Assembly: GCA_030431555.1 (NCBI GenBank)
Contig: JAUIIP010000001.1
Coordinates: 2,062-66,061, forward strand
From: a bacterium
GTDB lineage: Bacteria > Bdellovibrionota_C > UBA2361 > SZUA-149 > JAGRAN01
Length of the DNA stretch: 64,000 nucleotides
Reading direction: 5' to 3'
Shown: positions 17,297 through 27,141 of the stretch, in pieces
Position numbering within the stretch: the stretch's first letter is position 1
How the letters are laid out: the number at the start of each line of letters is the position of its first letter
Notes under the pieces: generated by a model
Databases searched by the model: none
Told to the model about the DNA's origin: nothing
The model's input: the letters and a program-made list of their open reading frames with translations, nothing else
Translations under genes and position numbers: made by a program

Positions 17297-18190
17297 GTGC
17301 CTGTCTTCGCTGCCAGCGATAGCACCCAATATTCAGGTTTTGCCCCAACGCAAGGAGGACTCGGAATGATCGGAACGAGATCGACCGACGAGTTCGGTCG
17401 CGTGCTCATGATCGCGGGCGACAACCGGAAAGACCACCAGGGATTTCCGCTGCCCGAGAATGAGCGAGAACTGCGCCATGCCCGGCTGCGAAGACGCAAA
17501 CGAGCAGAGACCCTCGGACGCCGACATCCGCCGTCCGGACCCGAATCTGCTCTGTATGCCTTGTCCTGGCTGGGCATGACGATGGAAGAGGTCGTTCGAG
17601 ACTGGCTCTACGAGCAGGGCTTCGAACTGGACCCGCGGCATGAGATCTTCTACACCGAGCGCGACGAAGACGGCAGAGAATGCCCTGCGATGTCGCGCGA
17701 GGTAGATGCCGTAGTAGTTGACCGCCGCGGCCGCCCGCGAATGCTCGTGGAGGTTCGTCTTTCGGTACGAGGAATGCGAGCAGTTCATTCCAAGATGTAC
17801 CAACTCGGCACTACGCTGAGTATCCTTCGGACGCAGCCGCAATGGAGACGTCTGAAGCCGCTGATCGTGTACATTGCCGTCGGAGATCACCAGGACGACG
17901 TGGTAACTGCGCCGCATTGGCTTGTCGATGACAACTTCGACATCAATCCGCTGTGGCAGCGCGCCTACCACCCGGATGAGCTGATTGACATCGGCATTCC
18001 ACGAATCGTCATCCCACTCGGCTGGCTATGGAACTACGCGCTGAACCTCGGATGGGAACTTGAGCAAGAGCTCTGGATCCAGGCCGAGTGGTTCGCACGT
18101 GAACGAGCGCGCCGAATGGATGAACGGATGCGAATTCGTTTTGACCGGATCCGAGAAGAGGCCGAGCATGACCAACTTCCGCCCTCGTAG
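17297..18190 (+). CDS. Hypothetical protein in a GC-rich island; degenerate PD-(D/E)xK-like stretch ('EVDAVVVDRRGRPRMLVEVRLS'); start uncertain (possibly M at 17366)
   Basis: Plus-strand frame has a protein-like composition (W/Y-rich), whereas the antisense ORF is Arg/Ser-rich; local GC clearly above window average. Confidence 0.5.
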   Translation: MPVFAASDSTQYSGFAPTQGGLGMIGTRSTDEFGRVLMIAGDNRKDHQGFPLPENERELRHARLRRRKRAETLGRRHPPSGPESALYALSWLGMTMEEVVRDWLYEQGFELDPRHEIFYTERDEDGRECPAMSREVDAVVVDRRGRPRMLVEVRLSVRGMRAVHSKMYQLGTTLSILRTQPQWRRLKPLIVYIAVGDHQDDVVTAPHWLVDDNFDINPLWQRAYHPDELIDIGIPRIVIPLGWLWNYALNLGWELEQELWIQAEWFARERARRMDERMRIRFDRIREEAEHDQLPPS

Positions 18191-18285
18191 CCTACATGGC
18201 ATGGGGCTGACTGTTTTGCCGCGTTCTCCATGAAGGAGTCTGCGCAGGCATCCGAAGACAGCCCCCCTTTTCTATTGGCGAGGAA

Positions 18286-18630
18286 TTACTGAAGTAAGAG
18301 TGTTTCCAGCGCTTGTGTCTGGGCGCATTTGTCGAGTTCTAGATTGCGCCGTTCAAGGCACTTTTCCACCCGACCACTGCAAATTTCCGATCCGCGGCGA
18401 AGATAATCACAGTCGCCCGACTCGGGGAGAAACGAGTAACCATGACATGCATGCTCAGCTGCATCGGCAAGAGCACTGCAGGAGTGCTCCATTCTTTCAC
18501 AGGCGTCCCCCACGCGCAGCGCTTCACCGCAAGAATCGACATCTGCACGAACACCCGAAGGCAACAGCACAAGACACAGGCAATAACCTGCCAGCCAACT
18601 CAATACCCTGAACCCTGTACTGCTGTTCAC
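18286..18630 (-). CDS. Small secreted Cys-rich protein (114 aa)
   Basis: Signal peptide 'LSWLAGYCLCLVLLPSGVRA'; 10 Cys in the mature part. Confidence 0.45.
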   Translation of the reverse strand: MNSSTGFRVLSWLAGYCLCLVLLPSGVRADVDSCGEALRVGDACERMEHSCSALADAAEHACHGYSFLPESGDCDYLRRGSEICSGRVEKCLERRNLELDKCAQTQALETLLLQ

Positions 18631-18954
18631 ATTAGCCTTAAAACATCGAGTATAAATGCGCAGCGATACCGCCCTAGTTCTATTCTAAGGATATCTGTGC
18701 GCAGCAGTAATCCGGGAAGCTGGGACTCGGCACTAGGAGAATCCTGGATTCAATGGGAATAGGCGGCCCGGACAACCTCCTGAAACACCTGTTAATTTCG
18801 TTGTTTATGCGGCTTTCAGCCCAGCGAAGCAAATAACACTTAGTTGAAGGAAGCCTATGGGGAGAAGGTTCAGTTGGCGCATCCCAGACATGCCGCGTTG
18901 TGTGGGGTGTGCCAACTGCTGGGGCATAGCCACACACTCTCAGGAGAATCATCC

Positions 18955-19707
18955 ATGAGTAAGTGCTCCACTCTTATCGTGATCGTCCTTGTGGCGATCG
19001 GTCTCGTCTTTGGTACTGGCTGTTCCTCGACCATGCGCTCGGGGGATCGTGAGTACCCGGTGGATACGGCTCGGTTCGCCAAGCCCAACACCGACGCCAA
19101 GAGCGCTGCCAAGGAACTCGGCAAGCGTCTCGAGGTGTACCAGAACGAGCTGAACTGCGCTCGCGAACAGCTGGCTGTCCTCCGGGCAGTCCGCAGCACC
19201 CTCGATGACCCTCAGCTCCCCGGAGCGATTTCGGTCATCGAACAACGGGTGACGCAGCTCGAGCTCAGCGTTGCCGAGATCTCTCGGCGGCATGAGCGCG
19301 CAGTTGCTGCAGCGAGTCAGGGCTCGTACGAGGATTTCACCATGAGCCTGCGAGAAGCTCCTGAGCTTCCGCGGGACGCGGTGCGAGACTCACGCGATGT
19401 CCTGAGCCAGCTCGGCGGACGCTATCAACAGCTGAACCGTGAAATCCAGGCCCTCGCGCTGCACATCAGCAACGCGGAGGTCGAGATGGAGCGGCGAGGC
19501 GATGAAAGTCGTTCGCTCGGCATGCAGTATGAGATCGACAAAGCCAGGCACGACTCGCTCGTCGAGGAGTTCCTGAAGACGGAATGGCGGGTGGCGATTG
19601 CGCAATGCGCCGTCAACTACCGCAGCCGTCTCGATCTCAGCACTTTCCTTACGCAGCCCGAGAGCTCGGAGGACGGTGCCGTCAGTCACGCACGACGCGA
19701 CGACTGA
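18955..19707 (+). CDS. Lipoprotein with predicted coiled-coil regions, unknown function
   Basis: Lipobox 'LVFGTGCSS' after ATG at 18955; heptad-like 'LEVYQNELNCAREQLAVLRAV'; GC-rich. Confidence 0.5.
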   Translation: MSKCSTLIVIVLVAIGLVFGTGCSSTMRSGDREYPVDTARFAKPNTDAKSAAKELGKRLEVYQNELNCAREQLAVLRAVRSTLDDPQLPGAISVIEQRVTQLELSVAEISRRHERAVAAASQGSYEDFTMSLREAPELPRDAVRDSRDVLSQLGGRYQQLNREIQALALHISNAEVEMERRGDESRSLGMQYEIDKARHDSLVEEFLKTEWRVAIAQCAVNYRSRLDLSTFLTQPESSEDGAVSHARRDD

Positions 19708-19891
19708 CATCAGTTCAGCTAGGGAGGATTTCCCTTTAGATTAGGGCGGAGCCCACTCATGAAGGTGAGGAAGCAGGCGGCATGCCTCAGGCTTTGCGAC
19801 CGGCGCTCGTTGCTCCGGTCGTTCCAGCAGAAAGCCTATTTGTTACGGTTACTCCGTAGGCTTCCTCACCTAACCCAGGATTTTTGCGTCT

Positions 19892-21175
19892 TCAATTTAC
19901 CGGAACTGAAATCTTTCCGTCTTTGCTGTGCTGGTAATCCAAAAAGATATGCTCCGCGGACGGTAGTTGGTAGGTGCCGTCGGGCAAAAGATTAGTCGTA
20001 TCCTTTAGGCGATAGACATAGTGTCCGCATGTATAGCAGGTCGACTTGGCAAAATGGTGGCAAAGACAAATCTTGCCGCAGACCGAAAGTTTACGCCCGT
20101 TCTCGTCAAGGCCGGTTTCTTCGTAAGCATCTATGTAGGCGCAGGTTCCCTCCTTCGAGAGAACGTAACCAAATGTTTGGCACTGCGGTCGAATGTTCGA
20201 ACCCAGGCAAGGGCTGGTTTTGAGATAACGCATCAGATAGCCGGTGGGGGAAATACTGCCGACAGTAACTTCATCCTCAGTCGCGCGTATGTAGGCTTGC
20301 TTCGCCTCAGGCGGTAGACCGGCTTCCTCTGCAATTGTAAAACGCGTCGCCACCTGAACTGCTGCGGCACCTGCCGCCAGGTAACTCGCTGCATCACCAC
20401 CTGTGAATATCCCCCCAGCCGGAATGACTGGAATGTTCAGGTCGTTTTCGCTTAAGTAGCTGAGAACCTCCTGGCAAATCGCTCGCAGCGAAAAGTCCTT
20501 CCAGTCATCTCCAAAGCCCAAATGACCACCCGCAAGCGGTCCCTCTACGACAACATAATCAGGCAGCCGCCGTGACTTTTGCGCAGCTCGCAAAAAAATC
20601 TTTAGCGCTCTCACACTAGAAACAATAATACCGAGCTTAGCGTCTCTGAAACGCGGATGCTCGGCCATTAGTTGAAAACTGCCTTTATGAAGACCGGCGG
20701 AGAGCGTAATACCATCGATTCCTGCATCTAAAGCGCTCAATAGCCTCGTTTGCAGCGTCTCACGGCTCTCGTGCATTGTGAGCTTTTCCATGACATTCAG
20801 AAAAACACCGCCGCTTCCCGACTTGCGCTGCATAGTGTTCTGCACGTGGTTCAACTGAGCCTCTCTGACGTGATCAAGGTCAAAGAAAACTTTGCTCTTA
20901 TCCGGATTTTCTGCGAACTCCTGATACTTCTTCCCTTTCTGACTCGAGAAATTTGTACCGTAGCTGCGGTCAGAAACGAATTGGTTCATCGCATCGGAAA
21001 TATGACCGATGCCGCCGAGGCGCGCTGCCTCCAAGGCAAGCTCAGAAGTTGATATGTCGACGCCCATACCCCCAATAACAATCGGGACATATTCGTGGTC
21101 GCCCAGCTTCAGTTGATAGTCGTTAACACAAGCACCCATTCTCGACTCACTACTCCTTTGGGCGGAATGCTTCAA
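19892..21175 (-). CDS. Nitronate monooxygenase (NMO/2-nitropropane dioxygenase-like, FMN TIM-barrel) with a Cys/His-rich C-terminal extension
   Basis: 'PIVIGGMGVDISTSELALEAARLGGIGHI' and 'PVIPAGGIFTGGDAASYLAAGAAAVQVATRF' NMO motifs; C-terminus 'CGKICLCHHFAKSTCYTCGH'. Confidence 0.75.
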   Translation of the reverse strand: MKHSAQRSSESRMGACVNDYQLKLGDHEYVPIVIGGMGVDISTSELALEAARLGGIGHISDAMNQFVSDRSYGTNFSSQKGKKYQEFAENPDKSKVFFDLDHVREAQLNHVQNTMQRKSGSGGVFLNVMEKLTMHESRETLQTRLLSALDAGIDGITLSAGLHKGSFQLMAEHPRFRDAKLGIIVSSVRALKIFLRAAQKSRRLPDYVVVEGPLAGGHLGFGDDWKDFSLRAICQEVLSYLSENDLNIPVIPAGGIFTGGDAASYLAAGAAAVQVATRFTIAEEAGLPPEAKQAYIRATEDEVTVGSISPTGYLMRYLKTSPCLGSNIRPQCQTFGYVLSKEGTCAYIDAYEETGLDENGRKLSVCGKICLCHHFAKSTCYTCGHYVYRLKDTTNLLPDGTYQLPSAEHIFLDYQHSKDGKISVPVN

Positions 21176-21268
21176 GGAGAGGTTCTGGGGATAGTTGAAG
21201 TATTTATTCTACTACTGGCCCTGCGCAGCGATTTTGCTCGCTAAAATCCGAATAAAGAAACATTAAGT

Positions 21269-21898
21269 TTAAAACAGCGGAGGCAGGAAGATAATGAACA
21301 AATCAAAGATTAGGTTGCTTAAATAGTGCACCAAGAATCCCGGCAAAATACTTCTGCAGCGTAAATTGGCCCAGCCGACACCGTAAGCAAGTCCAAAAGA
21401 GTACGGTAGCTCCAGCCAGGGCTTGCCCCAGTGGGCTAACATATAAATTATTGCGTGGAGAGAATTAGCATGCCTCTCGGGAAGGCTGAACAAGAGCAAA
21501 CCGCGAAATAAGACTTCGTTGCCGAAAACCCTGATCGCAATCACTGTGTGGTAAATTGCAAAATTATGCAGCGAATCAGTGGCAGGCTTCCAATGCGGAT
21601 AGTAAGCGCGAAAGTCAGCAGAACTAGCGAAGTATGCAACAAACGGCGTAAGCGCAATAAGCAGAACTACGCTAAGAGCTATGCCTTTAGAGACATCGCC
21701 GAGCTGCAAACCATAATCCCTTGGACTCTGTCGTGCGAAAGCCAAGACAAGCAGCGGGAGCACGATAGTCAGCAGTATCTCTACACCTAGCCCGGCAAAG
21801 AATCCGCCTTGGTGAAAGTATGAGATAAGCACCAGCAGCAGCGCCGCAAGGCTGACGCATGTACGTATTGAAATTCGTCGGACAAACATAAATCCCAA
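21269..21898 (-). CDS. CPBP-family intramembrane metalloprotease (CAAX protease/Abi-like)
   Basis: 'EVLFRGLLL' (EExxxR motif), 'HWGKPWLE' and 'FLVHYLSNLI' conserved motifs in TM helices. Confidence 0.75.
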   Translation of the reverse strand: MGFMFVRRISIRTCVSLAALLLVLISYFHQGGFFAGLGVEILLTIVLPLLVLAFARQSPRDYGLQLGDVSKGIALSVVLLIALTPFVAYFASSADFRAYYPHWKPATDSLHNFAIYHTVIAIRVFGNEVLFRGLLLFSLPERHANSLHAIIYMLAHWGKPWLELPYSFGLAYGVGWANLRCRSILPGFLVHYLSNLIFDLFIIFLPPLF

Positions 21899-22057
21899 CT
21901 ACCAGGCAAGTTGAATCGCGGCAATTAAACTTAGGTAGTCAAAATGTAGAAAAAGGCGGCAAAACGGCAAAGAGCTTTCATTAACCTTTGCGTTTTACAG
22001 CGGCGGCCTGGCCTTCGGTGTTTTAAGTCGAAGGCCAGGCCCGACTCGTCCGAGAGA

Positions 22058-22918
22058 CTACGCGGCGGTCAGCTCACGGAGCCGGTTGTAGAAGACGTCC
22101 CAGGGATGAAGATCCCGCGTACGCTCTACCTCGGCATGGTACAGCGCCTTGTTAGAGGCCCGGCCACCGATGCGTCCAGCAACTCGCAAAGCAACCGGCT
22201 CGAGAATCTCGAGAATCCGCGCGGGGTCCAGTTCCTCACGCGTTGCTGCAAGCAGATCCGGATCGGCGTGGTAACGCAGCCAGCTCTCTTCACCAGACGC
22301 GGGAACAAGCGAGACCTGCAGATACGGCCCGTGCTCGTCAGACCCGGCTGCCAACACGATCTTGCTGCCGGACTCGACATCGATACAAGCCTTCATGGCA
22401 TTCTCGATCATCCAGTCCCAGCCAATTGCTTCTCGACAGGCACCCTTTGCAAAGCAGCCGCCGCAGACGGGCTGGAGCGCATGCTCGATGAACGGCAGCG
22501 AGTGACTCCCATGCAGCTCGAGCATCCAAGCGAAGGACGCGAGAGCCGCCTCTGCCCTTGGACCGCCAGAAGCCTGGAAACGAGTGAGCAAGTCACGTGC
22601 ATGTTCGGTGACAGCAGTGAGCGCACCGGCAAGACAGTCCGTGTCATGGTTGCAGTGCCGTGCACCATCGCAGAGCATTTCGAGAAACGCTCCGGTCGCC
22701 CCCATTCCAGCGAACTCCTGTTGATCTTCCGGCCTTCCAAAAATTGTCGGCCTCATATGTGCACCTCCTTGGTTACGGTTAGGGATCGCGGCTCGCCAGC
22801 ACTCTGCATGCAGCAGCACTGAAGAGCCGAGACCAGCCGCAAAGGAGTAAGCCGAGAACCTTTCCGCTCTATGCCGATTGCCCACCCGAAGCGATTCGGG
22901 AGGGCATTCGGAATCCAA
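22058..22918 (-). CDS. Hypothetical protein in a GC-rich island (likely start 'MRPTIFGRPEDQ' near 22757)
   Basis: Minus-strand frame has a balanced composition, whereas the plus-strand antisense ORF is Arg/Ser-rich; no domain recognised. Confidence 0.5.
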   Translation of the reverse strand: MDSECPPESLRVGNRHRAERFSAYSFAAGLGSSVLLHAECWRAAIPNRNQGGAHMRPTIFGRPEDQQEFAGMGATGAFLEMLCDGARHCNHDTDCLAGALTAVTEHARDLLTRFQASGGPRAEAALASFAWMLELHGSHSLPFIEHALQPVCGGCFAKGACREAIGWDWMIENAMKACIDVESGSKIVLAAGSDEHGPYLQVSLVPASGEESWLRYHADPDLLAATREELDPARILEILEPVALRVAGRIGGRASNKALYHAEVERTRDLHPWDVFYNRLRELTAA

Positions 22919-23124
22919 ATTTCCATTAGAAATCTTATAAAAGAGCTTGTGGCTGGAGCGGCGCTAACAAAGCACCCACTAAAACATGTGATTCCAACTA
23001 ATTAGCTTTGAACCAGATGTTTCTCAAGAGCGCAGCCAAATGTCATGTAAACCCCTGAAAATAGCGATTAAATTATAAGGGCTGTCTGTTTCGGCCCGCC
23101 CTACTCAAGGATGCAGTTATAGGG

Positions 23125-23421
23125 ATGCGCATAACGCTTGGAAGCAATATAGCTTCGCTTGGAGTACAGCGAAGACTCGCAGAAGGAACGGCACGGCTCG
23201 GACGGTCGTTTGAACGCCTGTCCTCAGGATTGCGCATCAATCGTGCAAGCGACGACGCGGCCGGTCTCGCAATCTCAGAATCACTGCTGACAGACACTCA
23301 AGTTTACGGTCAGGCAATTCGCAACGGCAACGACGGTATCAGCCTGCTCTCGATAGCGGATGCCGCTCTTGCAGATTTGTCATCTATCGTCGTTCGGATG
23401 CGCGAACTGCGAATTCTCTAA
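23125..23421 (+). CDS. Isolated flagellin N-terminal (D0/D1) fragment, 98 aa; possible gene remnant or small flagellin-domain protein
   Basis: 'FERLSSGLRINRASDDAAGLAISE...QAIRNGNDGISLLSIADAAL..L..IVVRMRELRI' is the canonical flagellin N-terminus; the ORF ends after ~98 aa and the next gene is on the opposite strand. Confidence 0.55.
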   Translation: MRITLGSNIASLGVQRRLAEGTARLGRSFERLSSGLRINRASDDAAGLAISESLLTDTQVYGQAIRNGNDGISLLSIADAALADLSSIVVRMRELRIL

Positions 23422-23436
23422 CACCGATGTAGTTTC

Positions 23437-25035
23437 CTATGGAGCTCTGGATCTTACGATAAGTCCGCTGGCGCGCATTGATTTGAGTAAATCTTGATAA
23501 TCAAGTTCATGCAGCCCGACCTTATTCGATAACGAAAGCGCTGCCGCAAGCCCGGCGCTCTCGCCCAACATCATGTAAGTCGGCTCCATTCGAAGACTGC
23601 TGTATGCAACATGAGAGGCAGAAAGTGCAACAGGAACGAGCAAATTGGATGCTTCAGCGCGCTTCGGCAGCATACTACGATACGGAATTTCATAAATCTT
23701 AACGCGCTTGGCTACCCAGCCTTCGAACTTGGCACTACCGTTCTCGTCCATGTGTATGTCAACGTGATGCGACTCCAGCGGACAAGACGCCCTGGCAACC
23801 GAATCAGGCTTATATACATCTTTCAGAAGATCCTGCTCTATAAGCACGTACTCCCCGACCATTCTTCGAGCTTCGCGAACGTATAGTTCATAGGGCCAAT
23901 TCTCGTTGTCAGTAAACTCATCTTTGCATAAGCCGTGCTTTGCCATGTTGCTTCTAAGCAAAGGGGGCACTCGATCGTCGTTGCTTAGGAAATACAACAG
24001 CCCCTGAGTGTAGCGCTTATGATCCTGCTCGATATTGCGGCGCTCGCTGTAAGATGCTTCGGGATACTCCCAGTTAGCGCCGACGTTGTCCGTAGAAAAC
24101 GCGATTCTGTTGTTTAAGTCGAACTTTCGGTTCTTCAAGGGGAAGAAGTGAAAGAGTTCTCTAAGTAGGGTATGGGGCCGACGCTGCAGAAAAGCGAGAA
24201 ACAGCTCGTAGTCCTGTGCACGATAACCCTCGGGTTTTTCAATCGGAACAAAGTTGTCCTTTTCCTTTGTCAGGCATAGGCGATAATTATACGCCATTAT
24301 TTTTTTGTCCCCACTGCCAATCTTAGCGGGGGGCTCCGGGTTCACTCGATGAAAAAATTCTCCATCCCTACGCTTGGCAGGCACATCAATTGGAAACTGC
24401 CGAGAACTGACATATGGCTGCACACCGGCGAAGCGTTCTCCGTACTGTGCATGCGACTCTCGTCCAACTGTGTATGAGACGCCGGCCGCTGCGTATAGAT
24501 CTCCCTCGTAGCTTGCGTCAACGAAAATTCGACCGGCGAAGGTCCTTCCCGCATCCGTATCGAAGCTAAGTATTCGACCCCCTTGCTTTCGGACGCTGGT
24601 CAGCGACTCCTCTCTAAAAATGCTTACTGCGTGATCTTTCGCTATTTGCTCAAAAACCTGCTCGGCAACATGCGGCTCGAAATGCCACGTGAGATGCATA
24701 CCGTAGTGCTTTCCTATTCGATTAAAAACAGACTTTGAAAAACCTCCGACTACCCCCTGGTCGCAGCGATCGCTCGCTCCAAGTCCGCTGCTCATCATTC
24801 CGCCGATATGCTTGTGATGCTCGACAACTGAAACTGTCAGACCATTCCTTGCCGCAGCCACGGCCGCGGCAATCCCGCCGGGCGTCGCCCCGTACACAAC
24901 CACATCGCTCTCGACCACTTGCGATTGCGCAAATGCTGCAAAGCAGAAGACTGCGGCCAGCATTAGGCTGACACCGCAGACGAATATGCGGACAGCGCTC
25001 ATACCTGACTTGCTAATCACCCCGCCCTTCATCAA
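23437..25035 (-). CDS. Secreted FAD-dependent oxidoreductase (FAD_oxidored family)
   Basis: Signal peptide; dinucleotide-binding 'DVVVYGATPGGIAAAVAAARNGLTVSVVE'; ~530 aa, typical of this family. Confidence 0.75.
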   Translation of the reverse strand: MMKGGVISKSGMSAVRIFVCGVSLMLAAVFCFAAFAQSQVVESDVVVYGATPGGIAAAVAAARNGLTVSVVEHHKHIGGMMSSGLGASDRCDQGVVGGFSKSVFNRIGKHYGMHLTWHFEPHVAEQVFEQIAKDHAVSIFREESLTSVRKQGGRILSFDTDAGRTFAGRIFVDASYEGDLYAAAGVSYTVGRESHAQYGERFAGVQPYVSSRQFPIDVPAKRRDGEFFHRVNPEPPAKIGSGDKKIMAYNYRLCLTKEKDNFVPIEKPEGYRAQDYELFLAFLQRRPHTLLRELFHFFPLKNRKFDLNNRIAFSTDNVGANWEYPEASYSERRNIEQDHKRYTQGLLYFLSNDDRVPPLLRSNMAKHGLCKDEFTDNENWPYELYVREARRMVGEYVLIEQDLLKDVYKPDSVARASCPLESHHVDIHMDENGSAKFEGWVAKRVKIYEIPYRSMLPKRAEASNLLVPVALSASHVAYSSLRMEPTYMMLGESAGLAAALSLSNKVGLHELDYQDLLKSMRASGLIVRSRAP

Positions 25036-25056
25036 CTTTCCTCGGCTATCAAATAA

Positions 25057-27141
25057 TTGCGAAATAGACTATTTAGCGGCAACATCGCCCTGTACACAAT
25101 TCCTTTTGAAATGAAACAGACTCAACTGAAAACATTCGAATTACTTCTAGCAGCGGGCGCAGTAATCACCGCCCTGGCACTGCGTGCAGTCTTTTTTTAC
25201 ACCAGCGTCAGTCATATGCCTACCAGTACTGATGAAGCGGTCGCGGCTCTCATGGCGAAGGCCATATTCCACGGCGCGAGACCGCTTCTTTTCTGGGGCG
25301 CTCCGTACCAGTTTCCACTTGAGTCTTACCTGATGGCGCCATTTTGGCCGCTATTAGACACTAATGCCTTCGGCGCGAGAGTTGTTCCCGCGATCCTCGG
25401 TGCATTCTCTATATTTGGCTTTTGGCTCCTAATTTGCCGGGCATTTGAACCGAAGCATCGCTGGCCTGGAATCCTGCTTATACTGCTGCCTTCTGCTTAC
25501 CTAACGACGCTTCAGACCGCCTATTTCATTCCGCAGTATACAATGACGCTGGTGTACGCGTGGGTTATCCCGCTGCTGACTGTTTCTGTTCTCCGGTCCG
25601 AACGTGCGCTAATTCAGTTGCTGCTGCTTGGTTTCATATGCGGCATGGCGCTGGCCAACCACTTGTTGTCTTTGCCGCTGGTTGCTGTAACTACCGTAGC
25701 AGTTTGCTTAGGCTCGAGCTTTGGCTCTGCTGTGCGCAATACGATTCTATATTTGATATCGTTCACTCTAGGACTCGCTCCATATCTAGCCACACTCGGT
25801 AGAGCCAAATCTTCGGCCGGAACCGTTACGGACAATTTCCCGATCTCAACCGCATTTAGCCGCTTGTTCTCCGGCTTACTCAATCAAGTGCTTGAGGTGG
25901 TGTTGGGTTTTAATCTGACCCTGTTCCCGGATCTCGATCGGGCCAGCGGTATAATCGGCTTCCTTAGCGTTCCGGGGCTTTACTTGTTCTGGGCAGTGCT
26001 CATGTTCTGCAGCTGCATTAGTCTGTACCAGTTCTGCGTCAGAAGCTGGAAGGCGCGCTGGCCTACTCTCAGCATTTATGACGTATTTGTTGGCACAGCC
26101 TGGGCATGCATCATGGCGTTTGTCATCAGTAAGCGCAGCAGACCGGACGAATATCGTTACCTACTTCCGCTAGCTTGGACACTGCCGATGCTTGTTTCCT
26201 ACGCATACGCTGCATCAGCTAAGCATCTGCGATATATAATTGGAGCGTTTGCAGTCATTTTGACTCTGATGAATGCAGCAAATACGCTGAAACTTATCGA
26301 CACTTGGCGTTCGCCAAACTTCGCCTCCGGACTTCCCGAACTGCAAGACATCGCCCCGGTAATTTCCTTTTTACAACAGCAGGATATCAGTCATTGTTAT
26401 GCGTCGTTCTGGCTCGTAAACAGAATCACATACGAGACCGACGAGGCAATTACTTGCAGTCAGCCTTACAACGAGCGCTTCCCCGGCTGGCCGCTCCCCT
26501 ATCTCAAGGAAGTAAACGAAAGCGGTGTTGCGGCGTATGTGCTGACAGACACACGCTTCAGCCGATTCCCGGCAAAAAAATTCCTCAGCATGCTAGAGTT
26601 CCATCGCATTGCTCCGCAAATAAAGCGGATAGGAGTCTTCAAGGTAATGTATGACTTCCGCTATAAAGACGTTGTGAAATCCTTGACCGTCAACAGAGAG
26701 GACTTGGAGCTTTCTACGAACGACATCAACAACAGCCTTGAAAGTCTGACGGACGGCGACTCAAACACATACTGGAGAAGCGATGCTGTACAGAATCCTG
26801 GTATGCATCTTCAGCTAAACCTTAAGGAGGCGAAGACCATCCACCGGGTAAGGCTTTATTTCAATCCGCCCTCGATCGATAGAGCCCCTAAATTTAAAGT
26901 TGAAGTCAGTAAGGACGGCAGTACGTGGTCATTAGTTCGAGGCGAGATCACTCCAACTGCCGACAGAATCAAGATGACGCAGACACATCCGATTTTTGCA
27001 AGAAAAGCCAGGCAGGACATCTCTTTTGAGCCATCTCAAGCTATTGCGGTCAGAATAACAGCCGAAGAAAAGCGGGCTGATGCACCATGGGAGCTGGCGG
27101 AAATCGAAATATTTGAAGGACTGAACTCTAGGGCGGAGTGA
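25057..27141 (+). CDS. GT-C-fold membrane glycosyltransferase (ArnT/PMT-like, family 39-like) with a C-terminal F5/8 type C (discoidin) domain
   Basis: ~11 TM helices with a conserved early loop; C-terminal 'NSLESLTDGDSNTYWRSDAVQNPGMHLQLNL...IHRVRLYF...WELAEIEIFEG' matches the discoidin domain. Confidence 0.75.
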   Translation: MRNRLFSGNIALYTIPFEMKQTQLKTFELLLAAGAVITALALRAVFFYTSVSHMPTSTDEAVAALMAKAIFHGARPLLFWGAPYQFPLESYLMAPFWPLLDTNAFGARVVPAILGAFSIFGFWLLICRAFEPKHRWPGILLILLPSAYLTTLQTAYFIPQYTMTLVYAWVIPLLTVSVLRSERALIQLLLLGFICGMALANHLLSLPLVAVTTVAVCLGSSFGSAVRNTILYLISFTLGLAPYLATLGRAKSSAGTVTDNFPISTAFSRLFSGLLNQVLEVVLGFNLTLFPDLDRASGIIGFLSVPGLYLFWAVLMFCSCISLYQFCVRSWKARWPTLSIYDVFVGTAWACIMAFVISKRSRPDEYRYLLPLAWTLPMLVSYAYAASAKHLRYIIGAFAVILTLMNAANTLKLIDTWRSPNFASGLPELQDIAPVISFLQQQDISHCYASFWLVNRITYETDEAITCSQPYNERFPGWPLPYLKEVNESGVAAYVLTDTRFSRFPAKKFLSMLEFHRIAPQIKRIGVFKVMYDFRYKDVVKSLTVNREDLELSTNDINNSLESLTDGDSNTYWRSDAVQNPGMHLQLNLKEAKTIHRVRLYFNPPSIDRAPKFKVEVSKDGSTWSLVRGEITPTADRIKMTQTHPIFARKARQDISFEPSQAIAVRITAEEKRADAPWELAEIEIFEGLNSRAE

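Noticed and set aside
17333-17971. 212-aa minus-strand ORF antisense to 17297-18190
   Set aside because: Same reasoning: GC-rich region keeps antisense frames open; the plus frame is aromatic-rich and protein-like.
22106-22822. 238-aa plus-strand ORF antisense to 22058-22918
   Set aside because: Arg/Ser/Pro/Cys-rich composition typical of antisense frames in GC-rich DNA; the minus-strand frame has a protein-like composition.
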